DNA from: Squalus acanthias
Lineage: Eukaryota
Direction of reading: 5' to 3'
Length of the DNA: 64,000 bases
Assembly: GCA_030390025.1 (NCBI GenBank)
Contig: CM059433.1
Coordinates: forward strand, 30,816,001 to 30,880,000
Position numbers and translations under genes: made by a program. The notes beneath the pieces are model-generated. The model was not told the DNA's origin and ran no database searches. It saw only the letters and a list, made by a program, of their open reading frames with translations. Below, piece by piece: positions 51,843 to 61,989 of the stretch; position 1 is the stretch's first letter, and every line of letters begins with the position of its first letter.

Positions 51843-51935
51843 CAGCCACCTGATGCTGTACAGGGCAGAAGGCACCAGCACATCTAGGCACCTCGCCGCA
51901 GGAGATACCCTCAATAGAGGGATTACAGACAAAGG

Positions 51936-53018
51936 ATGAGCTACCTCAACATGAGTGAGCAACAGTGCCAAAGGAGGTTGAGACTTTTGCGAGAGGTTGT
52001 CCGAGAGATCTGCGGACTGCTGCAGCAAGACCTGGTGCCCAGAGGAACGGGTGGACACCCCTTACCAGTGGCTGTCAAAGTCACCACCGCACTCAACTTC
52101 TTTACCTCAGGCTCCTTCCAGGGATCATCAGCAGACATCAGCAGCATCTCCCAGTCAGTCGCCCACAGTTGCATCACCCACGTTACTGATGCCCTTTTTG
52201 CTAAGGCCCACAATTACATCCAGTTCACAAGGGATCAAGCAAGTATAACCGCCCGTTTGGTTGGCTTTGCAAATATGGCAGGCATGCCAATGGTTAAGGG
52301 CGTCATGGACTGCACACATGTGGCCCTTAGGGCGCCCCATCACAACCCAGCTATCTTTGTCAACCAAAAGGGCTTCCACTCCCTCAACGTTCAGCTGATG
52401 TGTAACCACAAGAAGGAGTTCTTGCATGTTTGCGCCAAGTTCTGTGGAAGTTGCCATGACTCTTTCATCCTGCGGCACTCTAGTGTTCCTCCGCTTTTCA
52501 ATCCACCAAACCAACTTAATGGATGGCTCCTTGGTGACAAAGGCTATCCCCTGAAGAAGTGGCTAATGACGCCGATCAGGAGGCCAGCTAACGAGGCTCA
52601 AGAGCGCTACAACGCCAGCCACACTTCGACCAGGTCCATCATAGAGCAGACCATTGGGTTGTTGAAGATGCGCTTCCGTTGCCTTGACCGATCAGGTGGA
52701 GCCCTGCAGTATACACCATACAGGGTCTCCAGAATGGTCGTGGTCTGCTGTACACTGCACAACATCGCACAGCATCGTGGCTTGCAGCTTCCTGCTGAGC
52801 AAGCAGCTCTGTTCCAGCCCTCCTCAGATGAGGATGAGGAGGAGGAGGAGGGGGAGGAAGCTGAGGAGGAGGAGGAGGATCTGGAGGAGCAGGAGGAGGA
52901 GGAGGAGGAGCAGGGGGAGGTCAGAGCGCCGGTGTATCGACCAGCGGCAGCGGCAGCACGTGAACACATGGCTGCCAGGGATGCAAGGGATGAACTTATC
53001 ATGGCCAGATTTGCATAG
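51936..53018 (+). CDS. Harbinger transposase (HARBI1-like DDE nuclease), 360 aa
   Basis: [85 protein letters not shown], acidic Glu tail. It lies between TIRs, so it is a transposon gene rather than host HARBI1. Confidence 0.9.
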   Translation: MSYLNMSEQQCQRRLRLLREVVREICGLLQQDLVPRGTGGHPLPVAVKVTTALNFFTSGSFQGSSADISSISQSVAHSCITHVTDALFAKAHNYIQFTRDQASITARLVGFANMAGMPMVKGVMDCTHVALRAPHHNPAIFVNQKGFHSLNVQLMCNHKKEFLHVCAKFCGSCHDSFILRHSSVPPLFNPPNQLNGWLLGDKGYPLKKWLMTPIRRPANEAQERYNASHTSTRSIIEQTIGLLKMRFRCLDRSGGALQYTPYRVSRMVVVCCTLHNIAQHRGLQLPAEQAALFQPSSDEDEEEEEGEEAEEEEEDLEEQEEEEEEQGEVRAPVYRPAAAAAREHMAARDARDELIMARFA

Positions 53019-53269
53019 GTTGCCCAAGTTGGCACATGTCCTTGGCTCCATCCTAGGACATCATTGACAATGGACATGACTCTCTGGCCTCCTTTCACTC
53101 AGGCCACCAACCAGACAACGCAAGTGTGGCGGTGCCCGCAATGTGGAGCTGCTTAAGGCAAAAGAACAGATGGCATAACGCCAACATTTTGGCTTTAAAT
53201 CATTTTAATGCTTTCCAACAGGGATGGCATTTCATCAGTACACAGAAACAGTCTCCCAATCTGCACACA

Positions 53270-53445
53270 GATCTGGAGGTTATATCCCTTGCCAGCTGTA
53301 CCCACACAGCCTTGGTTTCTTTGGAAGGCCTCTTCCTCTGAGATGAGTGGAAGAGCACCTCCATGCTAGCTGTCACCCCCTCAAACAACATTTGCAGCGC
53401 CTCATCTGAGAGCCTCGAGTAGGCCCTTGCCTTGGAATTGGACAT
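53270..53445 (-). pseudogene. Truncated Myb/SANT-like accessory ORF of the Harbinger element
   Basis: MSNSKARAYSRLSDEALQMLFEGVTASMEVLF...RKRPSKETKAVWVQLARDITSRS; similarity stops before the expected QCxKRFNDL helix. Confidence 0.7.
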
Positions 53446-53936
53446 AGGTATCTCGAAAGATGTTGGAGGTGGTGCAGGAGAAGCAGAAATGCTGTGGAGT
53501 GAGCCAAGGGAGCAAGAAGCCATAAAATCAGACTGGAAAAGTGATGTCAACAGAGGCGAGTTTCAGTCCCAAAACACAAATTGAGCAAGGGCATCCCACA
53601 CCTCTGAAATCAAGTGGACAATCATGGGAAAATCGCAAAATTTTGAAACCTATCAGTGGAGGTGAGTTTCAAACCCACCCAAACTGAAACCCGCCTCCAT
53701 CTCGCCTCCAATGGGAAAATTGCCCCCTTTGTGTTCGGCGATATGCAAATGAGTTTGAGCAAAAACTCGAGAAAAAAAAGCTTTTCAAAACCGGCGCAAT
53801 TTTGGGCGCAATAAGCGCCCGTTTGCCTGATTGCGCTCAAAGCGGAAACTCTACCCACTAACGCTCCAGCGTTGCTCAATATAACATAACTGCAGATTCA
53901 AAGCTGGTCTACCAGCAAATCCTGAATGCAACATAC

Positions 53937-54015
53937 TTCAATATCAGTGGCGCATCTTGAACCCGTCCATCCTGGTTCACAATGGCATTCAAACCCATCC
54001 ACCGAGTCGGTGCAA
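53937..54015 (-). CDS. EYS: Internal coding exon (79 nt, phase 2 to phase 0) of the same EGF-repeat gene; not in the ORF track
   Basis: Acceptor TCTTTCCCTTTATTTTGTAG|T and donor GAA|GTATGT. Encodes CTDSVDGFECHCEPGWTGSRCATDIE and joins in frame to the 21488 exon (DIE|ECSSGPC). 79 nt fits my recollection of EYS exon 21. Confidence 0.88.
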
Positions 54016-54094
54016 CTACAAAATAAAGGGAAAGATTTGATTTAATTAGCTGAACATTGCATGGATTTTATGTACAAAAATAATCTAGAATTAA

Positions 54095-55148
54095 GGCCTC
54101 GATTTTAGGAACATGAGTAGGCCATTTAGCCTCTCGAGCCATCCAATGAGATCATGGCTTGCTTAGCAAAAATATATCAATCTCAGCTTTGCAATTAACA
54201 ATTGACCCAGCATTAACTGCCATTTGCAGAAGAGAGTTATAAACTTCTACCACCCTTTGCGTGTAGAAGTGTTTCCTAACTTTACTCCTGAAAGGTCTGG
54301 CTGTCATTTTTCGGCTATGTTCCCTAGTCTTAGATTCCCCAACCAGCGGAAATAGTTTCTCTCTATCGACCTGGTAATGATTTGAATAATGTGTCACCAC
54401 CATACATGTGGAAGCAGATGTTTAACTGGAATGGGGGGAGGGGGGCGCGTTGGGTCGTGTTCAGGAAGGGCCGAGGTGCGATCGAGAGGGAAACCCCCAT
54501 GGGGACCATAGCCTGAGGCCCGGGACATTTTAACGCCGGGTCTCATTTAAATAACGCAGGACAGTCTCCTTCCCGCAACCAGCAAGACTGAGGTCAGGTC
54601 CAGCAGGCATGTGCGTGAAAATTGGGGTCGGGAGTCTTGGGACGTCGGGGACCGAGGGAACGGTCCTCGGCATTACCTTGCTGCTGAGCAAGGTCATTGA
54701 CAGCCTATGTCAGCACGTAGAGGGAGAGCAAGAGGCAAGGCTGGGGCTGGGGAAGCCCAAGAACTCCTTGTGGGGCCTATGGGTGGAGAACTCCTGTTCC
54801 TATAGGCTCATGAAGAGTTCTGACAAACGTCAATTTGCTAAACTTATCCTGGCCTCTTCTGGCCAGTCGCCGCCACCTGGCAGGTTTCCTCTGACGGGTT
54901 TGACACTGAATGGGCATCCCCATGAGCCGTCGTGAAAAATCATGTTGCAGCACTGATGACGTCATCAGGCCGTGACTTTTGGATTTGAAGTAGGCCCGGG
55001 CTTGCCTGCAGCAGAAGCCTTCAAGTCCAGTGGAGATACCATGTATCCCGGGTGGGAAAGGTACAGCCTCAAGTGGACTGGGCCTGATCTTAAATGCCTC
55101 CCAATACACCATTCTCACTGGACGGGGGAGGTGGATAAAATTGAGGCC
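54095..55148. mobile_element. TIR element with a CR1 3' fragment (about 54107-54400) just inside its left TIR
   Basis: TIRs GGCCTCGATTTTA / TAAAATTGAGGCC; TTAA on both flanks (54091-54094, 55149-55152). Confidence 0.65.
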
Positions 55149-55714
55149 TTAACTCTCTAAATAATCAGAACTGGAAGAAATACTGTGCTGGTTGAATGCT
55201 GCCATCAGTATTTTGTGAGCGTGCATTGCACAGTGCAACATTTAGCCAGCTGATTGATACTAGGGGCATAGTCTCATGAGCAATTGATTTTCTTTTTGCC
55301 TATTGGACAGAGCTCCCTTTGGACAAGTGGTTCCTGATTAATGTAACATATAACAGCACAAAAGCACACAGTAATAACTGAGTGAAAAATATTAAGAGAC
55401 GGAAAGGGAAAAAGATGCTGAGAATCTGAACTAAAAGCAGAAAGTGCATCAGCTGGTCTGTCAGATTCCGATATAAATGGATATTAATGGTTTCCATGGG
55501 ATTCACCCCATTTGGAATGCTAACCCGCCTCTCTTTATTGATATTGACTGAGCTTATACGTATTTCCAGCATTTTCAGGTTTTTAATTCAGCTGAAAAAT
55601 ACTATTGTTAATAATAGAAAAATAGGAAAGCATAATATCTGGTTCCATATGCATGGTGGTGACACACTACTTACTCTCTACCACCTCCATCAATCCAAAG
55701 GCTATTATTTCAGT

Positions 55715-57560
55715 CACAACAACCTGCATTTATATAGTGCCTTTAATGTAAGAAACCTCCTAAGGCGCTTTTGCAGAATAGGAAACATGAGCAAATGAAT
55801 AGCAGGGAGGGTTCAGAAGGGTGACTGAAAGTTTATCGAAGTGATAGGCCTTGAGAAGCTTCTTAAAGGTCAAGAGAGCTAAGTGGAGAGATGGATGGGG
55901 TTTAGGGAGGGGGTTGGGATGAGGTATCTGAAGGCTCTGCCACCAGGGGTGGGATGAAGGGAGAGGGATGCACAAAATGGCCAGAGTCAAATGACTAAAG
56001 TGTACGGCAGCAGATGCAGGGCTGGAGGGAAGTTGCAGAGATAGAGTGGGATGAGGCCATAGAGGGATTAAAGATGAGGATTGGAGATTTAATATTTATG
56101 TGCTGGGAGAACAGAGATTCAGCGTAGGTCAGCGAGAACAGGGGTTATCGGGACTTAGGGCAGGACAGGATACAGGCGGCAGAACTTTGGACAAGTTAGA
56201 GTTTATGGATGGTGGTGGATGCAAGACCAGCTTTAAAGTAATAGAGTCTGGGGGGGTGGGCGGGGGGGGTGGGGGTGACAGAGGCATCTGTAAGAGTTTG
56301 AGCAGTGGAAGGACCAAGGTAGAGGCATGGATAGGCAATGCTTCCAACATGAAAGTCGGAATTCCTGGTGATAGATAGATAGGATGTGGGCGTGTAAAGC
56401 TCAACTCAGAGCGAACAAGGCTGTGCATGGTTTGGTTCAGCCTGAGCGAGTGGCTGGGGAGGCAGGTAGAGTCAGCGGCAAGGGAGTAGAGTGTATGGTG
56501 GGGGCCGAAAACAATAGCTTCAGTCTTTCCGTAAGGGAGGAAACTCTGGTTGATCCATGAGCTGACAGCATGGTTGAGCAAAGTGGCGGAAAGGTAGAGC
56601 TGGGTGTCAAAATCATTCACGTGGAACCTGGCACTGTGGCAACTGTTGATATTGTTCAGAGGCAGCATGTAGATGAAGAAGAGAGTGTCAAGGACCTTGG
56701 GAGACTCCTGAGATGACAAAGCGAGGTTAGGAAGAGAAGCATTTGCTGGAGATGTGCTGGCTACATTTGGTTAAGTAGGAATGGAACATTTGAAGTGCTG
56801 TTCTACAGAGCTGGTCAATGGAACACAAGATATAGAGGAGAATGGCGTGGTCAAGCATATCAAAAGTAAGAACTTGCATTTATAGAACGTCTTTCATGAT
56901 CTCAAGACGTCCCAATGAGCTTTACAGCCAATGAAGTGCTTTTGAAATGTAATCACTGTTGTAATGTAGGAAATGTGGCAGTCAAATTGCGTACAGCAAG
57001 GTCCCACAAATAGCAATGTGATAATGACCAGATCATCTGTTTTTTAGTGATGTTGGTTAAAGGATAAATGTTAGCCAGGACACCAGGGGGAACTCCCCTG
57101 CTCTTATTCAAAATAGTGCTGTGGCATCTTTCATGTCCACCTGAGAGGGCAGACAGGGCCTCGATAAACGTCTCATCTGAAAGACAGCACCCCCATCAGT
57201 GCAGCACTTCCTCAGTATTGTACTGGGAGTGTCAGCCAAGATTTTGTGCTCAAGTCTCTGGAGTGGGACTTGAACTCACAATCTTGTGACTCAGAGGCGA
57301 GAGTCACAGCTGATGGAGAGGTCATGGAAGAGAAGGAGGGACAGTGCACCATGGTCACAGTCACAGAGGATGCAATTCGCGGCTTCAGCTAGGGGCATTT
57401 CGTGCTGTGGGAAGGGCAGAATCAGATTGGAGGGATTCAAACAAGGAGTTTTGGGACATATGGGCAGTGAGCTGGAAGGTGATGACACATTTCAGGACCT
57501 TAGGGAGGGAAGGGAGGTTAGAGCTTGGTGGTAATTAGAATAGACGGAGGTGATGATATG
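55715..57560 (-). mobile_element. Old L2 LINE RT and 3' region, interrupted by a Deu SINE at about 56870-57310
   Basis: Degenerate LFFIYMLPL...FHVNDFDTQLYLS...KTEAIVFGP (56129..56719); L2 tail near 55715. Confidence 0.7.
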
Positions 57561-57569
57561 ACATTGGCG

Positions 57570-58315
57570 AGGGGGGATTTTCTCAGCCCCGAGGAGGCGG
57601 GTATGGAGGCGGGACTGCCGGGAAAATGGCAGAATTTGGGGGTGGGTGGCAAACCCGCCTCCATGCCATCTTCCCAGAAGGCGGGTAATTAACAGGCAGA
57701 AAATAGGATTATCCAGTTTTTGCCCTCACAAGTGCGGGCTTCCCGATGGCACCAAAACCCGCCAGCTCAGCGAGGCGAGTACTGGGTCTGCGGGGGTCGG
57801 GGGGGTGCTAAAGTGTGGTGTGAAGGTAAGTGATGGGTGCAAGTGTGGAGAGGTGAGTATCTGAGGTAAGTCCTAAGTGTTTTTAAAAGTGTACTTACCT
57901 TTGTTTCTTCCTGCAGGCTTCAGTCGGCTTCTATACGGAGAGTCTCGCACCTCCGTGTTGCAGATGAGAGATGGCCGTTGCATTCTCAGCTGCAACAAAC
58001 ATCTCAATTCTGTAAAAGAAAGAAGGTTGATGAGACCTCATCAACCTGCAGAGATTGTCACTGTTTGACAGCTTCACAGAGCTGTCAAACGATGACAATT
58101 CATCTGTCAACATTTTTTGACAGATGACACGTCATACGTTGACGTGCTCTGCAACCGGCTTTCCCTTGATTAGCCTGCTAAGCTCGCTGGGCGGGTTTAA
58201 CAAGGTCAATCAAGGGAAAATAGCGTGGGTTGGCCACAACTCGATGGAGGCGGGACTGAAACCCGACAAGCAGCAGTCCCGCCTCCAACTCGCCTCCATT
58301 TACAAAATGGCCCCC
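57570..58315. mobile_element. Non-autonomous Harbinger relative of the 51064-53727 element
   Basis: Left end GGGGGGATTTTC...GAGGAGGCGGGT and right end CCCGCCTCCAACTCGCCTCCATTTACAAAATGGCCCCC parallel the ends of the 2.66-kb element. Confidence 0.75.
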
Positions 58316-58732
58316 TGGTTTTATAAGGGAGAGAGATGGTGCCTGAGGAAGGGAAACTATTGACCATATCAACTAACATGGGAGCCAGAAAGGGGAGATG
58401 AGTGAACTGTGTGGAGGGGATTAAATGATTAAAAGGTGGGTCTCATAGAAAAGCTGAGCTTGAAGAGGATATGGGAGGAAGATGGGAGGGAAACTGCAAA
58501 GTGATAAGGATTCAGGGATAGACTGGGCGGGGGAATGAGGGGAGTTAGGGGCTGGGGAGTTAAAACATTTGCTCAGTCCCCATGTCTATGAGTTCAAGAC
58601 CTACAGCTCTATGTGGCCCATCCAATGAAGCAGCACTGTGATCAAAGCAATGAAGAAATCTGCAAGTTGCCCAGTTTCCTAGCTGTACAAATCTCCACCA
58701 GAGCATCAGGCCTCAACACAACATAGTGTCAA

Positions 58733-59175
58733 TTGTGGCTCAGTTGGCAGCATTCTCACCTCTGAGTCAGAAGGCAGTGGGCTCAGGTGCGGCCCATAAT
58801 CCAAGCTGACACTGCAGTGCAGCACCGAGGGATTGCTGCACTGTCGGAGGTGCTGTCTTTTGGATGAGTTGTTAAGCTGGGGCCCCGGCTACACTCTCAG
58901 GTGGACGTAAAAGATCCCATTGCACCATTCAAAGAAGAGCAGGGGAGTTCTCCGTGGTGTCCTGGCCAACATTTATCCCTCAATCAACTCCTAAAAATAG
59001 ATGATCTGGTCACTATCACATTGCTGTTTGTGGGACCTTGCTGTGCGCAAATTGGCTGCCGCGTTTCCAACGTTACAACAGTGACTACACTTCAAAAAGT
59101 ACTTCATTGGCTGTAAAACGCTTTGAGACGTCCTGAGGTTGTGAAAGGTGCTATAGAAATGCAAGTTGTTCTTTT
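58733..59175 (+). mobile_element. SacSINE1-type Deu SINE
   Basis: TGTGGCTCAGTTGG head, Deu domain, AAATGCAAGTTGTTCTTT tail. Confidence 0.85.
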
Positions 59176-59705
59176 TATGACAGAATTGTGACAACAGCCT
59201 TGACAATATTGATGTCCTCTAGAAAAACAGATATTTCTTTGGCAAAATAAAATTGCTGAGAGTCTGGCTTCAAATATTAATTGAGACTGGAAGTGAAAAC
59301 CGCTTGAACTTGTCAGCTCATTTCTACCTGTCAATTATGTTAGCTGCATAAGTACTACTTTCAGCTATATTAAAATCTAATTAATCCCCATTTATTGAAA
59401 ATCTCCTTATGCTAATGAACGCAAAAGAAAGAACAGCTTGTATCAATATACTGCATCTGCCATCCTTTAAATTATTGTCTTTAATAAACGAACTAAAAGA
59501 GAAACTATCTTTATGATAATTATGCACCAGAGAATTAACACAAGATGTTTGTACATTTATCATGAAACAAAAGCGAAGCGTTAAAATACATAACATTATT
59601 TCATGTACACAGCTGAGAGAAAATGACTTTTGATGCATGAAGGCTCTTGAATTCCATACCACATTTTTACATTTATTTTAACAACCAATGGTGTATAAAC
59701 ATAAC

Positions 59706-60436
59706 GGGTTGGAGTTTCCGCTCGGTAGCGCTGGTCTTTTCAATGCAATTTGCCCGAAATCGGCCAAACCAGCGCGAAAGATCGAGGAATTTTAAATGCA
59801 AATTACATCCAGCTAGTTCCCGCACATTAAAAAAAATCGCACTGGAAGCCGGCCCCACCCACAAAACTGGCCACGCCCCCCCCAGGATGAATTAGTCACC
59901 ATGGCGAGTTTCCGCTAATTGCGCCCGTTTGCGGGCTTTCGTGGAAGCTCTTAAAATTAAGCTATTTTTGCTGGTGCAAGGACACTAATAGGCACCTTTT
60001 AACAGCTTTTAATATAAAAGTGTTTTTAATTTACTAAGAAATTGACTACTGTACCCAAATATAACTAGCAAATGGTTCTGCATAGTTTGTTAAAGTCATG
60101 TTCAGTTATTTAAAATTGGGTTACTCACAGGTGGTGGATTATAAAAGCTTATTTTTTGTGATAAACCAATTTTCAGCTGCACTAATAAAGCGGCACCAAG
60201 TTACCACTCTTAAATATATCAAGGAATAATTGTTATTCCAAATATATCTTTTTAAAAAATTAAGTTTTTGAGCGCTCCTCGATTGCGCTGGTTCATGTCA
60301 GATTTTCTGTTTGGTGACATATCAATCAGTTTGAGCGAAAACTTGAGAAAAAAAAAATCACTTCTCAAAACGAATGCAATTTTGTGCATAATTTGCGCCC
60401 GGATCGCCGATTGCGCCCAAAGCGGAAACTCTTGGG
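59706..60436. mobile_element. Non-autonomous TIR element; relatives at about 50800-51063 plus 53728-53856 (split by the Harbinger) and 61551-61812 (short variant)
   Basis: Ends GAGTTTCCGCT / AGCGGAAACTC; shared internal blocks CTAATAGGCAC, GGGTTACTC.CAGGTGGTGGATT and AGTTTGAGC. Confidence 0.7.
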
Positions 60437-60582
60437 CAAAAAAAATTAATCAATGGGATGTTTTTTAGTTCTGGCCTCTTGCGCATCACCAATTTTCATT
60501 GCTCCACCATCGACGGCCGTGCCTTCCACTGTCTAAGCCCTAAGCTCTAGAATTCCCTCCCTAAATCTCTCAGCCTCTCCAC

Positions 60583-60744
60583 CAATGTTCCCTCTAATTT
60601 TTGGGGGGTGCACAGCCCCTTTAATGAGCCCGTTCAAATTTCCACGCATGCGCGATTCTTCCATCTAAAAGCCGGTGAGTGGTATCCGTGGGACCTCCAG
60701 ACCGCAACGCGGTTGCGTGGCCGTGCAGCTGAATGGGAACATTG
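60583..60744. mobile_element. ~163-bp hAT-type MITE, copy 3, inside an L2 3' end (60468-60930)
   Basis: TIRs CAATGTTCCC / GGGAACATTG; TSD CTCTCCAC / CTTTCTAC. Confidence 0.78.
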
Positions 60745-61989
60745 CTTTCTACCTCTCTCTCCTCCCTTGTCGCTATTTGAAACCTGCCTCTTTGACTAAA
60801 CTTTTGGTCATCTGCCCTAATATCTCTTCATGTGGCTCGGTGTCAAATTTTGTTTGATAACGCTCCTGTAAAGCCCCTTGGGATGTTTTACTACGTTAAA
60901 GGCGCTTTATAATTGCAAGTTGTTATTGTTGAAGGTATTCAGTATTCAGTATTCTTTAAGTATAAATGGTTAAGTAAGTTATGGAGCTTGATGGACTCAA
61001 GCAGGATTCCACTGGGGACCAAGTTCAGCTTAAGTCACGCTGATCTGAATTGAATTGGATCGCCTTCCCATTTTCATCACGCCTTACTCCCTCAGACAAA
61101 CTGCAATGAATCAAATCATTTGAGCGCTGGGGATACCTGTGGGGCAGAATTCCCGGGCAACTTCACATCAGGCTGCTTACAGCTGTCGCTGCATAAGCTG
61201 AGAAACAGAGGAACAGCAGTAGCCCATTCAGCTCCTCGAGCTTGTTCCACTATTCAGATCATGGTTGATCTGTATCTTAACTCCATCTACCCGCTTTTGT
61301 CCTGTAACCTTTAAAACCCTTGCCCAACAAAAATCTGTCAACCTCAGTTTCTATCACTATCTGAACTTCTCGAACGAAATATTGCGGCAATATCGGATGG
61401 CTCGGTCTGGGGTGGGTTTTCTTTTGGGGTGGGGGGGGCGGTGGTTGGGGATAGAAGGAAACCCAGTACGGCAGTAGCCCAGATTGTTCTTGTGGAGTCC
61501 AGTTGAGCACTCCTGCTCCTACCGGCCCCACACAGAGAAATAATTTCCAGGGCTTTGAGTTTTCGCTCGATTGTGTTGGTTTTTTCGGTGCAATTCGGCC
61601 AAAATTGGTGTAACCGGTGCCAAAGATTGCCGAATTTTAAGTGCAATTTGCATTCAGTTTAATTCGAGTTTCCGCGATCTTTGCGTTCGGTGATATGCAA
61701 ATGAGTTTGAGCGGCAACTCGGGGGAAAAAAAACACTTTTCAAAACAAGGGCAATTTTGGGAGCAATTTTCAGCGGAATCGGCAATTGTGCCCAAAGTGG
61801 AAACTCTACCCCTAGATAAAGAAAAGAAGAAAGAAATTTGTATCGTGCCTTTCATGACCTCAGGATGTCCCAAGGTGCTTTACAGCCAATTAAGTCGTTT
61901 TTGAAGTGTACTCACTCATGTAATGTTCCATGTAGTTAAAAAATATATATTCTCAGCACAAAATAACAACTACAAAAATGAACTCCGAG

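Larger units (their letters stand above)
51064..53727 (+). mobile_element. PIF/Harbinger DNA transposon (2664 bp), both termini present
   Basis: TIRs GGGGGCGATTTTC / GAAAATTGCCCCC (12/13 match); TSD TTT (51061-51063, 53728-53730); transposase on +, convergent Myb/SANT remnant on -. Confidence 0.93.

Noticed and set aside
51936..53018. Host gene HARBI1
   Set aside because: It is bounded by TIRs and a TSD, interrupts another repeat and is paired with a Myb remnant, so it is a transposon copy.
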